A stretch of DNA of 64,000 nt from Myxococcota bacterium. GTDB taxonomy: Bacteria > Myxococcota_A > UBA9160 > UBA6930. This document shows positions 28,898-39,120 of the stretch, one piece after another. Under the pieces are notes generated by a model. That model was not told the origin of the DNA and searched no databases. It saw only the letters and a list, made by a program, of their open reading frames with translations. The position numbers were made by a program, and so were the translations under genes. Where the stretch lies: positions 2,080,001-2,144,000 of the forward strand of contig OZ245002.1 in assembly GCA_965223415.1 (NCBI GenBank), given 5' to 3'. Numbering within the stretch: the first letter of the stretch is position 1; each line of letters opens with the position of its first letter.

Positions 28898-30376
28898 TCA
28901 GGCCCCGCCGTCACCCGGCGGAGGCTCGAAGACCTGTTGGGAGTAGCTGAAGCTGGTGTCGCCCTGATTGCGCTTCGGGGTGTGCTGCTTGTAGCCGCCG
29001 GTGCGAATCAGCTCGTCGTCGGCCAGACCGAGCTCGAGGCTCCGGTTCAGGCGCGAGCATTCCTCCTGGATCGCGTGCAGGATCGCCTCGTCCTCGAGCG
29101 CGGTCATGTTGAGGCAGATGTCCTGGCGCTCGGTAATCGAATCGAGGTAGGCGTCCTCGTCGGGGATGAACCCGTTCCGGCGGGCGTAGTCGTACATCTC
29201 GGTGTCGGGAAGCGGAAGGAGGAAGCCCACGCTCGGGTAGACGCCGTTGCGCTCGCAGAGGTCGAAGGTCTCGCGGATCGTGTCGCGAGTCTCGATCGGA
29301 TAGCCGAGCACGACGCTGGTGTTGGAGGTGATCCCGACCTCGCGCAGCAGGCGCACCTGCTCCTCGAAGTAGTCCACGCGAACCCGCTTGTTCATCATGG
29401 CGAGGATCTCGGCGTTGCCGGACTCGAGGGAGTAGCCGAGGGTGAGGCAGCCGGAATCGCGGAACTTCTGCGCGACTTCGAGGCGCCGCTCGTAGGGGAT
29501 CTGCCGGTTTCCGAACAGGTCGGTCCGCACGGCGGCGCTCCATGCGAAGCGCAGCCCGGAACCCAGGATCGCGTCCACCAGCTTCTCGGCTTGGGCGAGC
29601 TTGGTAAAGGTGAGGTCGTCCCAGAAGTTGATGTAGTTCGCGCCGTAGCCCTCGATGTTGCGGCGCACTTCCTGCAGCACGCCCTCGGCGCACCGGTGCC
29701 GATAGGGGTCGTGCTTGAAGACGATGTGGCAGAACGTGCACTTGTAGACGCAGCCGCGGGCGGTCGCGACGGGCATCGTGCGCCAGGTCGCATCGCCCTG
29801 GGTCGTGCCCCAGGCGGAGGGCGCGTCCGTCTCCGCGAAGTAGCGATCGACGTCGAAGAGGTCCCAATCGGGCATCGGCAGCTGGTCGATCGGGGCGGCC
29901 TTGCGGCGGGGCGTGTGGAGCGGCTCGCCCCGGGCGTCTCGAAGGACGATGCCCTCCACCTCGTGGAGGGCCGTGCCGCGCCGGAGTGCGTCGAGCACGG
30001 CCACGGTCGTGATCTCGCCCTCGCCGACCACCACCACATCGGCCTGCGACCGGGCCAGGAAGAGGTCCGGGACCGAGCCCGCCACCGAGTTCCCCACGAC
30101 GATCTTCGCTCCGGGAGCAGCGCGGCGCGCCATCTCCGTGAAGCCCTTCATCCACTTGTAGTGGGTGACGATCGATCCGGTGAGGATGACCTCCCAACGA
30201 TTCCGGCCCAGGAAGGCCTCGACGGCGTCGTCGTCCTGGTCGTGGACCCCGACGTCGAGAAGCTCGACCTCGTAGCCGGCTTCGCGCACCGCCGTCATCA
30301 CGTAGGCGAGACCGACCGGCAGGTAACGGGTCGCGTGGCCCGGACGCAGGTTGGGATTGACGAACAGCAGGCGCAT
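28898..30376 (-). CDS. cobalamin-dependent radical SAM enzyme (class B methyltransferase type)
   Basis: N-terminal B12-binding domain (PVGLAYV, VGEGE), RGCVYKCTFC, ESG. Confidence 0.88.
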   Translation of the reverse strand: MRLLFVNPNLRPGHATRYLPVGLAYVMTAVREAGYEVELLDVGVHDQDDDAVEAFLGRNRWEVILTGSIVTHYKWMKGFTEMARRAAPGAKIVVGNSVAGSVPDLFLARSQADVVVVGEGEITTVAVLDALRRGTALHEVEGIVLRDARGEPLHTPRRKAAPIDQLPMPDWDLFDVDRYFAETDAPSAWGTTQGDATWRTMPVATARGCVYKCTFCHIVFKHDPYRHRCAEGVLQEVRRNIEGYGANYINFWDDLTFTKLAQAEKLVDAILGSGLRFAWSAAVRTDLFGNRQIPYERRLEVAQKFRDSGCLTLGYSLESGNAEILAMMNKRVRVDYFEEQVRLLREVGITSNTSVVLGYPIETRDTIRETFDLCERNGVYPSVGFLLPLPDTEMYDYARRNGFIPDEDAYLDSITERQDICLNMTALEDEAILHAIQEECSRLNRSLELGLADDELIRTGGYKQHTPKRNQGDTSFSYSQQVFEPPPGDGGA

Positions 30377-30397
30377 GAAAGCTCCCTCGGCGGGCCG

Positions 30398-31135
30398 CTA
30401 CCAGCGGTAGGGCGTCTGGGGCACGTGCTCGTTCCAGACGAGCCAACCCGGGTGCTCGGTGAGCCAGCCCTCGACCCGGTCGAAGCCGAAGGCTTCCTCG
30501 CCCGGATGCAGGGCGTCGTAGAGGGCGGAGACCAGCCGGTAGTCGTCGGCGGTGTCCACGGCGAGCCGCCACGGGCGCCGATCCGGTGTGCGATCGAGAT
30601 ACGCGGCCGGGCCCGCCTGTCCCCGCCAGAGCCAGGGCGTCACGTGCTCGCGCTCGTAGGGGTCCCGCGCCTCGCGGTGCGCCCGGAGCAGCGCCGCCGC
30701 GGTGAAGGCCTCCGCGTCGAGACCGATCGGGTAGCCGCTCTCGAGGGCCGTCGACGCGAACGCCACGTCGAGGCCCTGGCGCAGGGCGAGCACCGACGCA
30801 CCGACCGCCGGGTCGTAGAGCGGGCAGTCCGACGTGACGCGAAGCACGACGGAGGCGCCGGTCGCATCCACCGCCAGGGCCGTTCGCGCGAGCACGTCCT
30901 CCTCCGGTCCGCGCACGACGTGCACGCCCCTGTGCAGAGAAGCGACGTCGACCACCGGCTGCTGAGCCGCGCCCTCGGGAAGGGCGACGCAGATTTCGTC
31001 GACGCCCGGCGTCCGCCCGACCCGCTCGATCACCCGCGAGAGGAGCGGGGCTCCGGCGAGGGGCAGGCACACCTTGCCCGGCAGCCGTGTCGAGGTGCCC
31101 CGCGCCTGGATCACCGCCACGACGGGCCCGCTCAC
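30398..31135 (-). CDS. acylneuraminate cytidylyltransferase (SpsF/PseF-like)
   Basis: IQARGTSTRLPGKV, RVTSDCP, REHVT, LAVDTADD. Confidence 0.85.
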   Translation of the reverse strand: MSGPVVAVIQARGTSTRLPGKVCLPLAGAPLLSRVIERVGRTPGVDEICVALPEGAAQQPVVDVASLHRGVHVVRGPEEDVLARTALAVDATGASVVLRVTSDCPLYDPAVGASVLALRQGLDVAFASTALESGYPIGLDAEAFTAAALLRAHREARDPYEREHVTPWLWRGQAGPAAYLDRTPDRRPWRLAVDTADDYRLVSALYDALHPGEEAFGFDRVEGWLTEHPGWLVWNEHVPQTPYRW

Positions 31136-32187
31136 GACGCCTCTCCCAGCTGTTCCCACTGGAGGGGCTCGCCCCGCTTCAGATCGCGGAGCGCCGGGCG
31201 ACCGAGCACCGCGCCCAGGTGACGCGGCTCGAGGCCGAGGGCGGGACGGATCGAGCGCACCGCGTCACGGGTGAGCCGCTCTCCGGCTGCCACGTCCCGC
31301 ACGACGTAGAGCGAGCGCCGACACCGGCGGCTGCTCGCCTCGCAGGCAGCCGGTGCCGAACGTCCGTCGCCCAGGCCTTCCCAGGCGGCCCGCACGTCGC
31401 GCACCATCGCCGCGAACTCGTCGGGCTCCAGGCTGAAGCCCGCGTCGGGGCCGCCGTCGGCTCGCGCCAGGGTGAGGTGCTTCTCGATCAGGCTCGCGCC
31501 GAGGGCGACCGCGGCGATCGGAGCGGCGGGCCCGAGGCTGTGGTCCGACAGCCCGGTGACGACGCCGAACTCCGCCGCGAGGGTCGCCATGCGGCGCAGG
31601 TTCATCTCGCCGGGCGGGGTCGGGTAGCCGCTCACGCAGTGCAGCAGCGCCAGGTCGGTGCCGCCGGCGGCCCGGGCCGCGGCGAGGGCGCGTCGGATCT
31701 CGTCGGGCGTGGCCATGCCCGTGGAGAGGACGACCGGGCGTCCGGTCGCCGCGGCCCGCGCGATCAGCTCGAGATCGCCCAGCTCGAAGGACGCGATCTT
31801 GTAGGCTGGTGCGTCCAGCCGCTCGAGGAAGTCGACGGTCGCCGGGTCGAAGGGGGAGCTGAAGACAGCCATTCCCAGCTCGCGGCCGCGGGCGAAGAGC
31901 GCCGGGTGCCACGCGGCGGGCGTCTGGGCCTCGGCGTAGAGCTCGAACAGGTTGCGACCGCGCCAGGGGCCGTCCTCGATGTGGAACCCCGGCCCGCTCT
32001 CGTCGAGGGTCATGCTCTCGGGCGTGTAGGTCTGGAGCTTCACGGCGTCGGCGCCGGCCCGGTGGGCGGCTTCGACGATGGCGAGGGCGCGGTCCCGATC
32101 GCCCAGGTGGTTCGCCGAGAGCTCCGCCACCACGTAGGGCGGCGCGCCGTCCCCAATCCAGCGTCTGTCCAGGGCGAATCCGCTCAC
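31132..32187 (-). CDS. pseI: pseudaminic acid synthase
   Basis: AELSANH, KLQTY, KIASFE, GLSDH, IEKH, C-terminal SAF domain. Confidence 0.9.
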   Translation of the reverse strand: MSGFALDRRWIGDGAPPYVVAELSANHLGDRDRALAIVEAAHRAGADAVKLQTYTPESMTLDESGPGFHIEDGPWRGRNLFELYAEAQTPAAWHPALFARGRELGMAVFSSPFDPATVDFLERLDAPAYKIASFELGDLELIARAAATGRPVVLSTGMATPDEIRRALAAARAAGGTDLALLHCVSGYPTPPGEMNLRRMATLAAEFGVVTGLSDHSLGPAAPIAAVALGASLIEKHLTLARADGGPDAGFSLEPDEFAAMVRDVRAAWEGLGDGRSAPAACEASSRRCRRSLYVVRDVAAGERLTRDAVRSIRPALGLEPRHLGAVLGRPALRDLKRGEPLQWEQLGEAS

Positions 32188-32921
32188 GGGCTCACTCCCA
32201 GGGTGCGCGGCTCGCGCCGGCCCCGTCGCAGGATCTCCCGGGCCTCGCGGCCGGTATTGAGGAGCAGGTCGACGGCGCTCGCCTGGGAGACGAAGCCGGC
32301 GCTGCACCGGGCACTGCACTGGGGATAGGGCGGTGGCTCGAAGTGCTGGATCGAGACGCGGATGCCGCGGCTGCGGAACGGCTCCTGGTCCTCGAGCAGG
32401 TAGGGCTCGGCTCCGGGGGCGGAGAGGTAGTGGGTGGCGCCCAGCTCCTCGCACAGGCCGGCCAGTCGCTCGCCCCGCCGCCCGCCGGCCTCGAGCCGCG
32501 AAGAGCGGTGGATCGGCACGTCGATGCCGAGCTCGTGGAACAGCCAGCCGATCAGCGCCAGGTTCAGCTCCGCGAGCCCCGTCCACGGCGCGCCGGAGGC
32601 GTAGGTGGCCTCGAGCCGCGACGCGAAAGGCTCGAGGGCGGGGGCGCGGGCGTAGGCGTGGCGGAGGGTGCGCAGGTGTTTGCGCCAGAAGTCCGCGTGG
32701 TCGATCGCGACGTCGCGGATGGTCTGTCCGCGCAGCCCCTTTACCCGCACCGGAACCGTCAGCCAATGCAGCGCGCCGCCGACGACGATGCGATTGCGCT
32801 GCTGCCAGCTGCGGTGGGCGAAGCTGGCATCGTCGAGGAAGACGAAGCGATCGACCTGGTCCGCCAGGTCGAGGTAGCCGGGCCACGGCAGGTAGGTGGG
32901 CTGCATGATCGCGACCCGCAT
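32184..32921 (-). CDS. WbqC family protein
   Basis: IMQPTYLPWPGY...QQRNRI...WLTVPV...YLSAPGA. Confidence 0.88.
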   Translation of the reverse strand: MRVAIMQPTYLPWPGYLDLADQVDRFVFLDDASFAHRSWQQRNRIVVGGALHWLTVPVRVKGLRGQTIRDVAIDHADFWRKHLRTLRHAYARAPALEPFASRLEATYASGAPWTGLAELNLALIGWLFHELGIDVPIHRSSRLEAGGRRGERLAGLCEELGATHYLSAPGAEPYLLEDQEPFRSRGIRVSIQHFEPPPYPQCSARCSAGFVSQASAVDLLLNTGREAREILRRGRREPRTLGVSP

Positions 32922-33871
32922 CAGGTCGCCGCTCCCGCGAGCCGCTCCCACACCGCGCCCGCGACCCGGAAGCAGCCGCGGCCGTCGAAGGGGCGTGCGG
33001 CGGGCGGCCCCTGGGCGAGGGCCTCCTCCACCCGTGCCCAGGCCGCTTCCGGCTCCGCCTTCGGCTCCAGCCCGAGCAGTGCGCCCTCGCTCTCGAGCCA
33101 GGCGATCTCCTCCACCAGATCGGGCTCGTTGGGGAAGGCGACGCAGGGAACGCCGACGGTGAGCGCCTCCGGGACGATCATGCCTCCGGTGACCAGCGCG
33201 ACCGAAGCCCGGCACAGGCGGCGGGCGAGCTCTTCCGCTTCCAGATCGACCCGCAGCTCGTGGCCGCCCGCTTCGCAGGTGCTGCGGAGCCGTTCCGGCT
33301 CCGCGAAGGACCCGCCGACGACCACGCATAGGTGCAGCGTCCCGGATGGCTCGGCGAGGAGCCCGAGCAGCCAGCGGGCCGCGTTCGCCCCGGAGCCCGC
33401 GACGACGATGACCTCGGGCACCTCGGCCGGCTCGCGGAGGCCCCGGGCCTCGGCGAAGGCCGGACGCAGGAGCGCGTAGCGCGGGCCGCACAGGCGGAGC
33501 GCCTCCTCCGGCAGCTTCGGGTAGGCATGGCGCGTCCCGGGACCGCTTCCGTTCACCACGACGTCGGCGCAGGCGGCGTCGCCGCCGTCGTCGACGACGA
33601 CCCGGAGCCCGGAGGTCGCCACCCGGGCCTCGCGCGGATCCGGGTGGTCCACGACGAGCAGGTCGGCCCTCGCTGCCAGCGCCTCGTAGCGCGCGGGCGG
33701 CTCGATGCGGGCCCCGGGAAACAGCGCGGCGAGGTCGTCCGCACCCCGGCCCACGACGATCGGGGGCGCCGTCCCGGGCAGGGCGTCCAGCAGCGCCGCC
33801 GTGCGCACCGCGTGGCCGCGGCCCACCGAGGCGTCGGCATCGAGGCGTGCAACCGCGCAGGGACCGCTCAC
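32921..33871 (-). CDS. pseG: PseG/SpsG-like UDP-sugar hydrolase
   Basis: DADASVGRGHAVR, VVDHP, GPRYALLRPAF, DGRG. Confidence 0.75.
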   Translation of the reverse strand: MSGPCAVARLDADASVGRGHAVRTAALLDALPGTAPPIVVGRGADDLAALFPGARIEPPARYEALAARADLLVVDHPDPREARVATSGLRVVVDDGGDAACADVVVNGSGPGTRHAYPKLPEEALRLCGPRYALLRPAFAEARGLREPAEVPEVIVVAGSGANAARWLLGLLAEPSGTLHLCVVVGGSFAEPERLRSTCEAGGHELRVDLEAEELARRLCRASVALVTGGMIVPEALTVGVPCVAFPNEPDLVEEIAWLESEGALLGLEPKAEPEAAWARVEEALAQGPPAARPFDGRGCFRVAGAVWERLAGAAT

Positions 33872-33872
33872 G

Positions 33873-34574
33873 TCAGCGAACCGCCGAGACCAGCCAGTCG
33901 TCGTCCAGGAAGCGGCCGCCCTCACGGGTGACGCTTCGGCGATCCACCTGGACGTGGGTGAAGGGTCGGAACAGCTCGCGCAGGCTCGCCTCGTCGAGGA
34001 AGGTCATCTCCAGGCCCTCCTCGGCGGCCGCCGGCGTCCCGGCCAGTCCCTCGAGGCGGACGCGGTGATCGCCGATCGCCGTGCCGAAGACGAGGCGGGA
34101 ATCCGCGTCGCTTCGCGTGCCGCACAGGAAGCGGCCGCCCGGCGCCAGCGCGCCGGCGACGCGCGAGATGGACGCGGCGATGCGCTCGAGGGGCGCGTAG
34201 CAATAGACCGACGCACACAGCACGGCGTCGAAGAAGCCTTCCGGGAACTCGAACGCGTCGATCGCGGCCTGCTGCGTGCCCAGCTCGAGGCCCTCTCCCG
34301 CGGCGCGGCGCAGGGCCTCGTCCAGACCCGCTCGCGACAGGTCGACGGCGAAGGTCTCGAAGCCCTCGCGGGCGAGGAACACCGCGTGGCGGCCCGCCCC
34401 GCAGCCGAGGTCGAGGGCGCGCGTGCTCCCGCGGCGCAGGCCGGGGAAGCTCGTGAGGGCCCAACGCACCACGGCCTCGTCCGGGTAGCGCGGGCAGTAG
34501 CGCGCTTCGCCGTGCAGCGCGTCCCAGCGCTCCCGCAAGCCCGCCTGCCCGACGTCGTCCAGCGCGGTCAGCAC
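33873..34574 (-). CDS. class I SAM-dependent methyltransferase
   Basis: RYPDEAVVRW, ALDLGCGAGRH, LAPGGRF. Confidence 0.85.
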   Translation of the reverse strand: MLTALDDVGQAGLRERWDALHGEARYCPRYPDEAVVRWALTSFPGLRRGSTRALDLGCGAGRHAVFLAREGFETFAVDLSRAGLDEALRRAAGEGLELGTQQAAIDAFEFPEGFFDAVLCASVYCYAPLERIAASISRVAGALAPGGRFLCGTRSDADSRLVFGTAIGDHRVRLEGLAGTPAAAEEGLEMTFLDEASLRELFRPFTHVQVDRRSVTREGGRFLDDDWLVSAVR

Positions 34575-34584
34575 GCCCCCTCCT

Positions 34585-34615
34585 CGTTTCAGATCGAAAC
34601 GCGGCGGTTTCGATC
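34585..34615. promoter_or_regulatory. overlapping palindromes, candidate enhancer (activator-binding site)
   Basis: CGTTTC-N5-GAAACG at 34585-34601 and GATCGAAAC-N6-GTTTCGATC at 34592-34615. Confidence 0.55.
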
Positions 34616-34677
34616 GGGAACCCGAGCCCCCCTCTCGCCCGCGCAGAAACGAGCGGAAGGCAGCGTCGACACGAGAG

Positions 34678-34693
34678 AGCAAGACCCGTGCCC
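34678..34693 (-). promoter_or_regulatory. sigma54 promoter of the methyltransferase-pseG-wbqC-pseI-pseF-rSAM operon
   Basis: Minus strand GGGCAC-GGGTC-TTGCT. Confidence 0.7.
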
Positions 34694-34709
34694 TGGCGCG
34701 GCGATTGCA
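34694..34709 (+). promoter_or_regulatory. sigma54 promoter of the 34746 gene (and possibly the stator genes)
   Basis: TGGCGC-GGCGA-TTGCA. Confidence 0.7.
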
Positions 34710-34745
34710 TCGACCCGTAGGCGCGCGGGTGAAGAGGAGGAGACC

Positions 34746-35339
34746 ATGCGCCTGATCCAGGATGGACGGGAGTCCCAGGTCGAAGACGGTGCGGAGAACG
34801 CGGAGGCCTTGCTCCTTCCGCGCCTCGCGCCCACCGGCGAGGATCCGCGGGTGGTCGTGCGCATGTGGCTCGACGGAAGCGACGTGCCCTCGAGCGAGCT
34901 CGGCGATCTCTCCGCGATCGCCGTGCAGGGCTGCGAGCTCCTGGAGGTAGAGACCGCGCCGGTGCGCGACGTCGCCCGGCAGAGCCTGGCGAGCGCGGGG
35001 GAGTACGCGGAGAAGGTGAAGGACGCTCTGCGGCATACCGCCGAGCTGATGCGCTCGGACCGTCCGGAGGTGGCCAACGAGCACTTCGCCGAGGCGATCG
35101 ATGGGATGTCCGTGCTCTTCTTCACCCTCCAGGCCGCCGCTCAGCACCTCGGGCCGGAAGCTCGTCCGGTGGAGGAGATCGGCGCGCGCGTGCAGCCCTG
35201 GCTCGACGCCCTGACCGAGGCCCAGATCGCCCAGGACTGGATCCGCGTCGCGGACTACCTGGAGTACGAGATCGCTCCGGTGCTCGGAGAGGCGCGGGGC
35301 GCGATCGCCGCCGTGTGCGAGGGCGGCAGCCCGGGGTAG
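34746..35339 (+). CDS. hypothetical flagellar-locus protein
   Basis: GAGGAGG SD; acidic helical protein ending QDWIRVADYLEYEIAP. Confidence 0.8.
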   Translation: MRLIQDGRESQVEDGAENAEALLLPRLAPTGEDPRVVVRMWLDGSDVPSSELGDLSAIAVQGCELLEVETAPVRDVARQSLASAGEYAEKVKDALRHTAELMRSDRPEVANEHFAEAIDGMSVLFFTLQAAAQHLGPEARPVEEIGARVQPWLDALTEAQIAQDWIRVADYLEYEIAPVLGEARGAIAAVCEGGSPG

Positions 35340-35470
35340 AGACCCGAGGCGCGAATGCAGCGTTCTCCGGATCGATCCGCAGCCCGGGAGATCCGATAGC
35401 GGCGAAGGCGCGGAGGCGGGAGCGGGCTCCGCGCGGCCAACCCATGTCGGCTCCGCTCCGGTAGGCAGAG

Positions 35471-36235
35471 ATGGACCTCGCGACGCTGATCGGAATCGTC
35501 CTCGGGCTCGGCCTGATCGTCGGGTCGATGGCGCTCGGCGGTTCGATCATGGCGTTCGTGAACGTCCCGGGTCTGCTGATCGTGGTCGGCGGCACCATCG
35601 CGGCGACGCTCATCAACGAGTCCCTCGCCCAGGTGATCGGCGCCGTGAAGGTCTACCTCCAGGCGTTCTTCGAGAGGAAGGCTTCCGCGACGGAGCTGAT
35701 CGAGAAGGTCGTCGATCTGGCGGCGAAGGCGCGCAAGGAGGGGCTCGTCTCGCTGGAGGGCGAGGACATCCCCGATCCCTTCCTCGCCCGCGGCGTCCAG
35801 CTCGGGGTCGACGGGCTCTCGCCCGAGATCATCAACGCCATCCTCGAGGGCGAGCTCAAGACCCTGAAGAGCCGGCACACCCGTGGACAGACCGTCTTCA
35901 AGTTCATGGCCTCCACCGCGCCCGCCATGGGCATGATCGGCACGCTGATCGGCCTGGTGCAGATGCTCCAGAACATGTCGGACCCGTCGGCGATCGGTCC
36001 GTCGATGGCCGTGGCGCTCCTCACCACCCTCTACGGAGCCATCCTGGCCTTCGTCCTCTTCCAGCCCATCGCCTCGAAGCTGGAGACCCGCACCAAGAGC
36101 GAAGTGGCCCACAAGACGCTGGCGATCATCGGCGTCGAATCCATCCTGAAGGGCGACAACTCGATGGTCATCCAGTCGAAGCTCGACGCCTACCTCTCGC
36201 CCCAGGAAAGGGAAGCGAAGAAGGAGGAGAAGTGA
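35471..36235 (+). CDS. motA: flagellar stator A subunit (PomA/MotP type)
   Basis: MDLATLIG, APAMGMIGTLIGL, AVALLTTLYG. Confidence 0.92.
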   Translation: MDLATLIGIVLGLGLIVGSMALGGSIMAFVNVPGLLIVVGGTIAATLINESLAQVIGAVKVYLQAFFERKASATELIEKVVDLAAKARKEGLVSLEGEDIPDPFLARGVQLGVDGLSPEIINAILEGELKTLKSRHTRGQTVFKFMASTAPAMGMIGTLIGLVQMLQNMSDPSAIGPSMAVALLTTLYGAILAFVLFQPIASKLETRTKSEVAHKTLAIIGVESILKGDNSMVIQSKLDAYLSPQEREAKKEEK

Positions 36236-36978
36236 GCGACGAAGACGAGGCCTTCGAGGAGCCGACGGCCCCAGCTTGGATGGCGACCTTCGGGGACCTG
36301 ATGAGTCTCCTGCTGTGCTTCTTCGTCCTCCTCCTCTCCTTCGCCAGCATGGACGCGAAGCGCTTCGCCGAGGTGAACGGCTCGATGCGCGACGCCTTCG
36401 GCGTCCAGCAGATCGAGCCCGGCGAGTTCGAGGCGCTGTCGGACGATCTCATCAGCCTGAACGACCGGTCGACCTCCTCCCACGTCAGCGTCATCGACGT
36501 GCCCACCCGCGCGAAGACCGACGCCAAGAGGCTGGTGCAGCGCATCAAGGCGAGCATCGCCGCCCAGCGCATGGATCGGCTGATCGAGGTGGAGGAGACG
36601 CCCCGCGGCGTCATGATCCGGGTGCCGGGCCAGCTGATGTTCTCCTCGGGCTCGACGGAGCTGAGGCCGGAATCGCTGGTCTTCCTGCGGGAGATCGCCG
36701 GCCTGATCAACGGGACGCCGGACACGGTGGCGATCGAGGGTCACACCGATGCGTCTCCCTCCTCCGCCACCACGACCAACTGGACGATCTCCACGGCCCG
36801 GGCGGTGGCCACCCTCGAGTTCCTCGTCGACGTCGGCCACGTCGACCCCTCGCGCCTGCAGGCCACCGGCTTCGCGGACACGAAGCCCATCGCTTCGAAC
36901 GAAGAGCCCGCCGGCCGTGCGAAGAACCGCCGCGTCGAGTTCACCTTCCTCCGCACGTCGGCCGAGGTGGAAGGGTAG
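36232..36978 (+). CDS. motB: flagellar stator B subunit (PomB/MotS type)
   Basis: WMATFGDLMSLLLCFFVLL; OmpA-like EGHTD...NRRVEF. Confidence 0.92.
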   Translation: MSDEDEAFEEPTAPAWMATFGDLMSLLLCFFVLLLSFASMDAKRFAEVNGSMRDAFGVQQIEPGEFEALSDDLISLNDRSTSSHVSVIDVPTRAKTDAKRLVQRIKASIAAQRMDRLIEVEETPRGVMIRVPGQLMFSSGSTELRPESLVFLREIAGLINGTPDTVAIEGHTDASPSSATTTNWTISTARAVATLEFLVDVGHVDPSRLQATGFADTKPIASNEEPAGRAKNRRVEFTFLRTSAEVEG

Positions 36979-37157
36979 GCGGAAGGATCTTCCGCCCGAC
37001 CTTTCTCCCTGAAACACCCGAAGCGTTCCGACTGAAACGGGGGTCGGAGCCCTCGAATCATGCGGCGCCCGCTCCCATCGCAGCGGAAAAGTCCAAAAAG
37101 AACGCAAGGTGTCCGCGTCTTCCGCCGATCGATGAGCCCATGACCGAGGGCTCCAAA

Positions 37158-38588
<1,431 letters not shown>

Positions 38589-38607
38589 CGAGGGCCAAGG
38601 AGAGCTC

Positions 38608-39117
38608 ATGGCGGACGAGGAAGCCGAAGAGACCACCGAAGAGGGCGGCGACGAGAAGGGCGGCAAGCCCTGGATGCTCATCATCCTGGCGGCGCTGGTG
38701 GCCCTGGGCCTCGGGGCAGGCGGCACCTTCTTCCTGCTGGGGGGGAAGGAGGAGCCCGTGGCGGCCGAGGCCGGCGAGGCGGACGCGGAGCCCGTCGAGC
38801 CGGACACCGAGTTCCAGGAGCGCGTCTTCTCCCTCGACCCCTTCGTCGTGAACGTCACCGGTGAGGGCTACCCGCGCTACCTGAAGATGCAGGTCGCCTT
38901 CGAGATGAACACGGCCGAGGGCCGCATCGAGATCGAGAGCCGGGTCGCCCAGGTGCGGGACACGACGATCCTGCTGCTCTCGAGCAAGCGCCTCTCGGAC
39001 ATCAGCGATTTCGAGGGGAAGGCGCTCCTCAAGGATGACCTGCGAGACCGGGTGAACTCGCTCCTCAAGGCCGGCCGGGTCGAGAGCGTCCTCTTCACCG
39101 AGTTCGTGGTGCAGTAG
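38608..39117 (+). CDS. fliL: flagellar basal body-associated protein FliL
   Basis: Single TM; LDPFVVN...RYLK...VLFTEFVVQ. Confidence 0.9.
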   Translation: MADEEAEETTEEGGDEKGGKPWMLIILAALVALGLGAGGTFFLLGGKEEPVAAEAGEADAEPVEPDTEFQERVFSLDPFVVNVTGEGYPRYLKMQVAFEMNTAEGRIEIESRVAQVRDTTILLLSSKRLSDISDFEGKALLKDDLRDRVNSLLKAGRVESVLFTEFVVQ

Positions 39118-39120
39118 ACG

